Below, one piece after another: positions 58,673 to 64,000 of a stretch of DNA of 64,000 nucleotides. The position numbers were made by a program, and so were the translations under genes. How positions within the stretch are numbered: position 1 is the first letter of the stretch; every line of letters begins with the position of its first letter. The stretch is from assembly GCA_035567055.1 (NCBI GenBank), contig DATMQX010000002.1:425-64424 (forward strand). Reading direction: 5' to 3'. The notes beneath the pieces were generated by a model, which was not told where the DNA came from, searched no databases, and saw only the letters and a program-made list of their open reading frames with translations. Source of the stretch: Solirubrobacteraceae bacterium (lineage in GTDB: Bacteria > Actinomycetota > Thermoleophilia > Solirubrobacterales > Solirubrobacteraceae).

Positions 58673-59484
58673 GCGCGGGCACGCCAAACGTGCTCGAGCG
58701 GATCCTCGCCGAAGCACGCCGGGATCTGGAGCGGCGAAAGCGCGAGCGGCCGCTGGACGCCCGCACGCTCGCCTCCCCACGCCGGCGCGCGGGGAGGGGA
58801 CGCTTCGCCGAGGCGCTGGCGGCTCCCGCGATCGGCGTCATCGCCGAGTTCAAGCGCCGCTCTCCGTCGGCCGGCGTGCTGTTGGAGAACGCCGATCAGC
58901 GGGCGATCGTCGAGGCCTATGCGCGCGGAGGCGCGGTCGCGCTGTCGGTGCTGACGGAGGGACCCAACTTCGGTGGCTCGCTGGATGACCTGCTCGTGGC
59001 CGCAGAGGTCTGCGACCTGCCGCGCCTGCGCAAGGACTTCATCGTCGATCCCTACCAGCTGCACGAGTCGCTGGCGGCCGGCGCCGACGCGGTGCTGTTG
59101 ATCGTGGCGGCGCTCGGGCAGCGGGAGCTGAGCTCGCTGCACGAGCACGCGCGCACGCTGGGTCTCGACGTGCTGGTCGAGGTGCACGACGGCGACGAGC
59201 TCCGGCGGGCGCTCGACGCCGGCGCGGAGATCGTCGGGGTGAACAACCGCGACCTGAGGGACTTCAGCGTTGACCTCGAGCGAACCGAGCGGCTCATGGG
59301 GGAGATGCCCGCTGGCGTGACGGTGGTCTCGGAGTCGGGCATCGGCTCACCCGAGCAGCTCGAGCGGCTGCAGCGGCTCGGCGTCCAGGGGGTGCTCGTG
59401 GGAGAGTCGTTGATGCGCTCAGGCGATCCGCAGGCCGCTCTCGAGCGGCTCAGAACTTTTAGGCACACCGAGTCCGCCCTTTAG
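58669..59484 (+). CDS. trpC: Indole-3-glycerol phosphate synthase
   Basis: 'IAEFKRRSPS', 'LRKDF', 'GVNNRDL', 'VSESGI'. Confidence 0.96.
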   Translation: MSAGTPNVLERILAEARRDLERRKRERPLDARTLASPRRRAGRGRFAEALAAPAIGVIAEFKRRSPSAGVLLENADQRAIVEAYARGGAVALSVLTEGPNFGGSLDDLLVAAEVCDLPRLRKDFIVDPYQLHESLAAGADAVLLIVAALGQRELSSLHEHARTLGLDVLVEVHDGDELRRALDAGAEIVGVNNRDLRDFSVDLERTERLMGEMPAGVTVVSESGIGSPEQLERLQRLGVQGVLVGESLMRSGDPQAALERLRTFRHTESAL

Positions 59485-59519
59485 ATGCTCTTCATGGCTC
59501 CCGACCATCCTGTCATTCC

Positions 59520-60734
59520 ATGAGGCGCATGTTCTTCATCCCGTTCCTCGCAGCGCTCGTCGGCGCGGGCGTGGTGGTCGCCGCGCTCGCGGCTGCCGGC
59601 GGCCTGGGGAGCGACACGAAGACGATCACCGCGATCCAGGCCGCTCCGCTGCAGCCGTCGAACGCCTCGGCGCAGACCAGGGGGTTGACGCCTCACGAGA
59701 TCTACGTGCGGGCCGCACCCGGGGTGGCGATCATCACCTCGACGATCGTGCAGAAATCAGAATCTCCATTCGGCCTCTTTGGCGGTGGAGAAGAAAGCCA
59801 GCGGCGCGGCCAGGCGACCGGCTCGGGAATCGTCATTAACACGAGTGGCACGATTCTGACCAACTATCACGTCGTCGAGAACGCGATCAAGGTGACCGTG
59901 AGCTTCGAAAAAGGGAAGACGATCAACGCGCAGGTCGTCGGCAAGGATCCCTCGAACGACCTTGCCGTGTTGCACATTTCCCCGGAAGGTCTCACGCTGC
60001 ATCCGATCCCGCTCGGCGACTCGAGCTCGGCGCAGGTCGGCGACCCGGTGCTCGCGATCGGCGACCCGTTCAACCAGGAACGCACCCTCACCACCGGCGT
60101 GATCTCGGCACTTCAGCGCGAAATCAAGGCGCCGAACGGGTTCGCGATCAAAAACGTGCTGCAGACCGACGCGCCGATCAACCCGGGTAACTCGGGCGGT
60201 CCGCTGCTGGACGCATCCGGTCGCGTGATAGGCATCAACTCGCAGATCGAGACCGGCTCGAGCGGTGGCGGCAGCGTGGGTATCGGCTTCGCGGTTCCGA
60301 TCAACACGGCGAAGGCGGAGATCACGCAACTGGAGAAAGGCGGCACGCTTCGTGGCGCGTACCTCGGCCTCGTCTCGCTCACCGTCGACGGATCGCTGTC
60401 GGCGCTGAACCTGCCGGTCAAAAGCGGTGCGCTGGTGCAGAGCGTGCAGAAGGGCACACCGGCGGAAAAGGGTGGCATCCACGGCGGAGTGACCGGTAGC
60501 ACCGAAGGTGGCCAGGTCGCGGTCGGAGGCGACATCATCGTCTCGATCGGTGGCAAGAAGGTGAACAGCTCCGAAGACGTGGCCGAAGACATTCACGGCA
60601 AGAAACCAGGTGACACCGTCAGCATCGGGCTGCTGCGACCGAACGGCAAAGGCGGCTACGAACCCAAGACGGTGAGCGTGACGCTCGGTACGCGCCCCGA
60701 CAAAGCGCCGGAAGCCACCACTCCCGAAGGCTGA
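59520..60734 (+). CDS. HtrA/DegP-like trypsin protease with PDZ domain
   Basis: 'TNYHVV', 'DLAVL', 'QTDAPINPGNSGGPL', C-terminal PDZ. Confidence 0.93.
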   Translation: MRRMFFIPFLAALVGAGVVVAALAAAGGLGSDTKTITAIQAAPLQPSNASAQTRGLTPHEIYVRAAPGVAIITSTIVQKSESPFGLFGGGEESQRRGQATGSGIVINTSGTILTNYHVVENAIKVTVSFEKGKTINAQVVGKDPSNDLAVLHISPEGLTLHPIPLGDSSSAQVGDPVLAIGDPFNQERTLTTGVISALQREIKAPNGFAIKNVLQTDAPINPGNSGGPLLDASGRVIGINSQIETGSSGGGSVGIGFAVPINTAKAEITQLEKGGTLRGAYLGLVSLTVDGSLSALNLPVKSGALVQSVQKGTPAEKGGIHGGVTGSTEGGQVAVGGDIIVSIGGKKVNSSEDVAEDIHGKKPGDTVSIGLLRPNGKGGYEPKTVSVTLGTRPDKAPEATTPEG

Positions 60735-60771
60735 TCGAACGGCTTCTCCTGCGCCCGCTACCGTTGTGGGC

Positions 60772-61470
60772 ATGGCCGAGACCTCACAACAGGCGGCGCC
60801 CTCGAAGGTGAAGGTCTGCGGGATCACGAATCTCGAGGACGCCGAGCTGGCGGTGGCGCTGGGCGCCTGGACGGTCGGCATGATCTTCTACGAGGGAAGC
60901 CCGCGCCGGGCATCGCTCGATCAGGCAGAACGGATCGGTGCGGCGCTCCGGCGCAAGGTGCAGCTGTGCGGTGTCTTCGTCAACGCGTCACTCGATCAGC
61001 TGGTGCACACGAGCCAGCAGGTCGGGCTGACCATGCTGCAACTGCACGGCGATGAGGGCCCGTCCTTCTGCGCGGAGGCCGCGAGGCGCACCGGCGCTCG
61101 CGTGATCAAGGCGGCGCAGGTGTCGGGCCCGGGTGATGTGCAGGATCTCGAGCGCTTCCACGTGGACTTCCATCTGCTGGACGCGCGCGCGAGCGGTGCC
61201 GGGCGCAGCGGCCTGCGGGGCGGAACGGGGGAGACGTTCGACTGGGGCCTGCTCGCCTCGCGACGCTCGAAGCTGCCGCTGATCCTCAGCGGCGGCCTCA
61301 GCCCGGAGAACGTGGCCGAGGCGATCGCGCTCGTCGGTCCCTATGGGGTGGACACGGCGAGCGGCACCGAGGCCGCGCCCGGTCACAAGGACCCACAGAA
61401 GCTGCGGGCGTTCTTCGACGCGGTCGACGGGGCGGCTGTCGGTGCGGCGAAGATCGGCCAGCCGGCGTGA
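60772..61470 (+). CDS. trpF: Phosphoribosylanthranilate isomerase
   Basis: 'VKVCGIT', 'QLHGDE', 'GGTGETFDW', 'LSGGL.PENV'. Confidence 0.95.
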   Translation: MAETSQQAAPSKVKVCGITNLEDAELAVALGAWTVGMIFYEGSPRRASLDQAERIGAALRRKVQLCGVFVNASLDQLVHTSQQVGLTMLQLHGDEGPSFCAEAARRTGARVIKAAQVSGPGDVQDLERFHVDFHLLDARASGAGRSGLRGGTGETFDWGLLASRRSKLPLILSGGLSPENVAEAIALVGPYGVDTASGTEAAPGHKDPQKLRAFFDAVDGAAVGAAKIGQPA

Positions 61471-62669
61471 GCAACGGTCAGAGGACCGGCTCGCCGGCCG
61501 GAGAGCCGGGCGCGGCCGTGGAGCACCGCTTCGGTGCCTACGGCGGCCAATATGTGCCCGAGACCCTGATGCCGGCCCTCGCGGAGCTCGAGCAGGCATG
61601 GGCCGCGGCGCGGGAGGACCCGGGCTACCGAGCCGAGCTCGACGCGCTCCTGCGCGACTTCGGCGGGCGCCCCACGCCCCTGTATCACGCGCGCCGGCTC
61701 TCCGAGCGGCTCGGCCGGCCCGTGTATCTGAAGCGTGAGGATCTCAACCACACGGGCTCGCACAAGCTCAACAACGCTCTGGGGCAGGCGCTGCTTGCCA
61801 AGCGCATGGGCAAGCGGCGGATCATCGCCGAGACGGGCGCGGGGCAGCATGGCGTGGCGACGGCGACCGTGTGCGCGCTGCTGGACCTGGAGTGCGTCGT
61901 CTACATGGGCGTCGAGGACACCCGCCGGCAGCGGCCGAATGTGCAGCGGATGGAGTTGCTGGGGGCGACGGTCCGGCCCGTGGACGCGGGTGCGCGGACG
62001 CTGAAGGAGGCGACTTCGGCCGCGATCCGTGACTGGGTGACGAACGTGCAGAGCACCCACTATGTGATCGGCTCGGTGGTCGGCCCCGCGCCCTACCCCG
62101 CGCTCGTTCGGGACCTGCAGCGCGTGATCGGCGACGAGGCGCGCGCGCAGATCCTCGAGCGCGAGGGGCGGCTGCCCGCGCGCGTAATCGCATGCGTGGG
62201 CGGCGGCTCCAACGCGCTCGGCGTGTTCGCGGCGTTCATACCGGACGAGCAGGTCGAGCTCGTGGGGGTGGAGGCCGGCGGAGAGGGCATCGACACGGCG
62301 CGACACGGCGCGCCTCTGACCGTCGGCGGTCGCGCCGGCATCCTGCACGGCTCCCGCTCTGCCGTGATGCAGGACGAGGAGGGGCAGATCATCGAAGCGC
62401 ATTCGGTCTCGGCGGGTCTTGACTACCCGGGCACCGGCCCCCAGCACGCGTTCCTCAGGGATACGGGCCGCGCTCGCTATGTGGCCGTGAACGACGCCGA
62501 CGCCCTTGCGGCCTTCCGCGAGGTCTCGCGCATTGAAGGCATCATCCCGGCGCTCGAGACCGCCCATGCGCTCGCGTGGCTGCTCGCACAGCCGCAGGGT
62601 GAGCTCGATCTTCTCTGCCTCTCCGGGCGCGGGGACAAGGATCTCGCCGAGGTGCTGGGGGATGCATGA
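61467..62669 (+). CDS. trpB: Tryptophan synthase beta chain
   Basis: '[13 protein letters not shown]', 'AETGAGQHG', 'CVGGGSN', 'SGRGDKD'. Confidence 0.97.
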   Translation: MSNGQRTGSPAGEPGAAVEHRFGAYGGQYVPETLMPALAELEQAWAAAREDPGYRAELDALLRDFGGRPTPLYHARRLSERLGRPVYLKREDLNHTGSHKLNNALGQALLAKRMGKRRIIAETGAGQHGVATATVCALLDLECVVYMGVEDTRRQRPNVQRMELLGATVRPVDAGARTLKEATSAAIRDWVTNVQSTHYVIGSVVGPAPYPALVRDLQRVIGDEARAQILEREGRLPARVIACVGGGSNALGVFAAFIPDEQVELVGVEAGGEGIDTARHGAPLTVGGRAGILHGSRSAVMQDEEGQIIEAHSVSAGLDYPGTGPQHAFLRDTGRARYVAVNDADALAAFREVSRIEGIIPALETAHALAWLLAQPQGELDLLCLSGRGDKDLAEVLGDA

Positions 62670-63483
62670 CGGCGTGAGCACGAGCGAGACGACGGGCGTC
62701 GAGCGGCTCGCCGACGCGTTCGCTCACAGCGGCAAGCGAGCCGCGCTGATGCCCTACGTGATGGCGGGATTTCCGACCCAGGCGGACTCGCTGCTCATCG
62801 GCGAAGCATGCGCGCAGGCGGGGGCCGACGTGATCGAGCTGGGGGTGCCCTACTCGGATCCGCTCGCCGATGGCCCCGTGATCCATGCCGCGGGCACGCG
62901 CGCGCTCGCGGCCGGGGCGAGCATCGCGGGCGCGCTCGAGGTCGCGCGTGGTCTGTCGGCGAGCGTCCCGGTGGTGTTGATGTGCTACGCGAACATGGTC
63001 TTCGCCCCGGGTGTCGGGGCCTTCGTCGAGCGTCTCGCGCAGGCCGGGGCGAGCGGTTTGATCGTGCCCGACCTGCCGCAGGGCGAGGCCGACGATGCGC
63101 TCGCCGCCTGCGACGCGAATGGGCTCGCGCTGGTGCCGCTCGTTGCGCCGACGACGACGCCGGCGCGACTGGCTGCGATCGGTGCGAGGGCGCGCGGATT
63201 CGTTTACGCCGTCTCGGTCGTCGGCACGACCGGGGAGCGCGACGCGCTCGCGGACAGCTTCGCCGCTATCGTCGCCCGTGCCAAGGCGAGCACCGAGGTG
63301 CCGGTCGCTATCGGCTTCGGCATCAGCACGCCCGAGCAGGCCCGTCAGGCGGCCGAGGCCGGCGCCGACGGGGTGATCGTCGGGACGCGGCTGGTGCGAG
63401 CCGCGGGCGAGTCAGACGATCCGGCGGGGGCGGTCGGGATGCTCGTCGCGGAACTCGCCGCGGGCCTCGCCCCGGCCAGCTAG
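62662..63483 (+). CDS. trpA: Tryptophan synthase alpha chain
   Basis: '[17 protein letters not shown]', 'PDLP', 'GTTG', 'IGFGIS..GVIVG'. Confidence 0.96.
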   Translation: MHDGVSTSETTGVERLADAFAHSGKRAALMPYVMAGFPTQADSLLIGEACAQAGADVIELGVPYSDPLADGPVIHAAGTRALAAGASIAGALEVARGLSASVPVVLMCYANMVFAPGVGAFVERLAQAGASGLIVPDLPQGEADDALAACDANGLALVPLVAPTTTPARLAAIGARARGFVYAVSVVGTTGERDALADSFAAIVARAKASTEVPVAIGFGISTPEQARQAAEAGADGVIVGTRLVRAAGESDDPAGAVGMLVAELAAGLAPAS

Positions 63484-63495
63484 GATTGCGGCGGC

Positions 63496-63657
63496 ATGGG
63501 ACTGATTCTGACCGCCACGGCCGGCCTCGTTGTCTGGATCGTGCTCTGGGCGCTCGGAACCAAGGGCTTCGACGCGTTCATGCTGGCCGCCGCAATAATC
63601 CTCGTCGGCGCGTCGCTGAAGATCCTCTCCGGCTACCTGCCCGGCCGTCGCAGCTGA
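63496..63657 (+). CDS. 53-aa 2-TM membrane protein
   Basis: MGLILTATAGLVVWIVLWALGTKGFDAFMLAAAIILVGASLKILSGYLPGRRS*. Confidence 0.6.
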   Translation: MGLILTATAGLVVWIVLWALGTKGFDAFMLAAAIILVGASLKILSGYLPGRRS

Positions 63658-63665
63658 CCGCCCAG

Positions 63666-64000
63666 GTGCGCGCGCGCTGGCTGTGCCTCGCCGCTCTCGC
63701 CGCCGGCGCCACGGCCACGGCTGGCTGCGGTGGCACCGGGGCGAGCGGCGCCTCTGAAACGGCGGGCAGCCAGCTGGCGGTCTACTCGAGCCTGCCGCTG
63801 CAGGGCCCGTCGGCGGCGATCTCGCTTCAGATCGTCAATGGCGAGAAGCTCGCGCTGGCGCAGGCGGGCGGTCGCGTGGGCGCGTTCCGCGTGAGCTACG
63901 TATCGCTTGACGACTCGAACCCGGCGAGCGGAAAGTGGAGCCCGGACGTCACCGCGACGGACGCGAAGATCGCCGCCCAGGACACGAGCACCATCGCCTA
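63666..64000 (+). CDS. Branched-chain amino acid ABC substrate-binding lipoprotein (3' partial)
   Basis: Lipobox 'TAGC', 'VYSSLPLQG..NGEKLAL..YVSLDDS' LivK-like start. Confidence 0.8.
   Translation, partial: MRARWLCLAALAAGATATAGCGGTGASGASETAGSQLAVYSSLPLQGPSAAISLQIVNGEKLALAQAGGRVGAFRVSYVSLDDSNPASGKWSPDVTATDAKIAAQDTSTIA

Noticed and set aside
1-64000. CRISPR array, rRNA, tRNA, reverse transcriptase/retron
   Set aside because: No regularly spaced repeat-spacer series, no cloverleaf or rRNA-like segments, and no RT motifs were found by eye.

Overview
High-GC actinobacterial DNA. Gene style and content suggest Thermoleophilia/Solirubrobacterales (inference). The window has two parts. (1) About 1-38,900 is a variable, mosaic region. 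It opens with small hypothetical genes, a LexA-box gene and an S1 protease pair. It then carries a decayed conjugative/integrative element with two replication-relaxation (Replic_Relax) genes, VirD4/TraD-like coupling proteins and four ssb copies or remnants. No integrase is visible. Its cargo includes a vWA / PP2C-like phosphatase / Ser-Thr kinase / zinc-ribbon membrane protein operon. It also includes a cassette bounded by 25-bp direct repeats, holding a frameshifted RelE/BrnT-like toxin, an RHH antitoxin fused to an ApeA-like HEPN domain, and an unannotated 49-aa DnaJ-type zinc-finger microprotein. MFS/ECF/TetR/redox accessory genes follow. (2) About 39,100-64,000 is core chromosome: two MaoC dehydratases, hrcA-dnaJ-prmA, an amidohydrolase, yqeY-phoH-ybeY-era, a PadR / ABC / DUF2600 terpene-cyclase / IclR-HTH module, an ArsA-like ATPase, hisIE-trpEGDC-(htrA)-trpFBA and the start of a branched-chain amino acid binding protein. 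No rRNA, tRNA or CRISPR array was seen. All family calls come from motif recognition by eye; no database searches were run.
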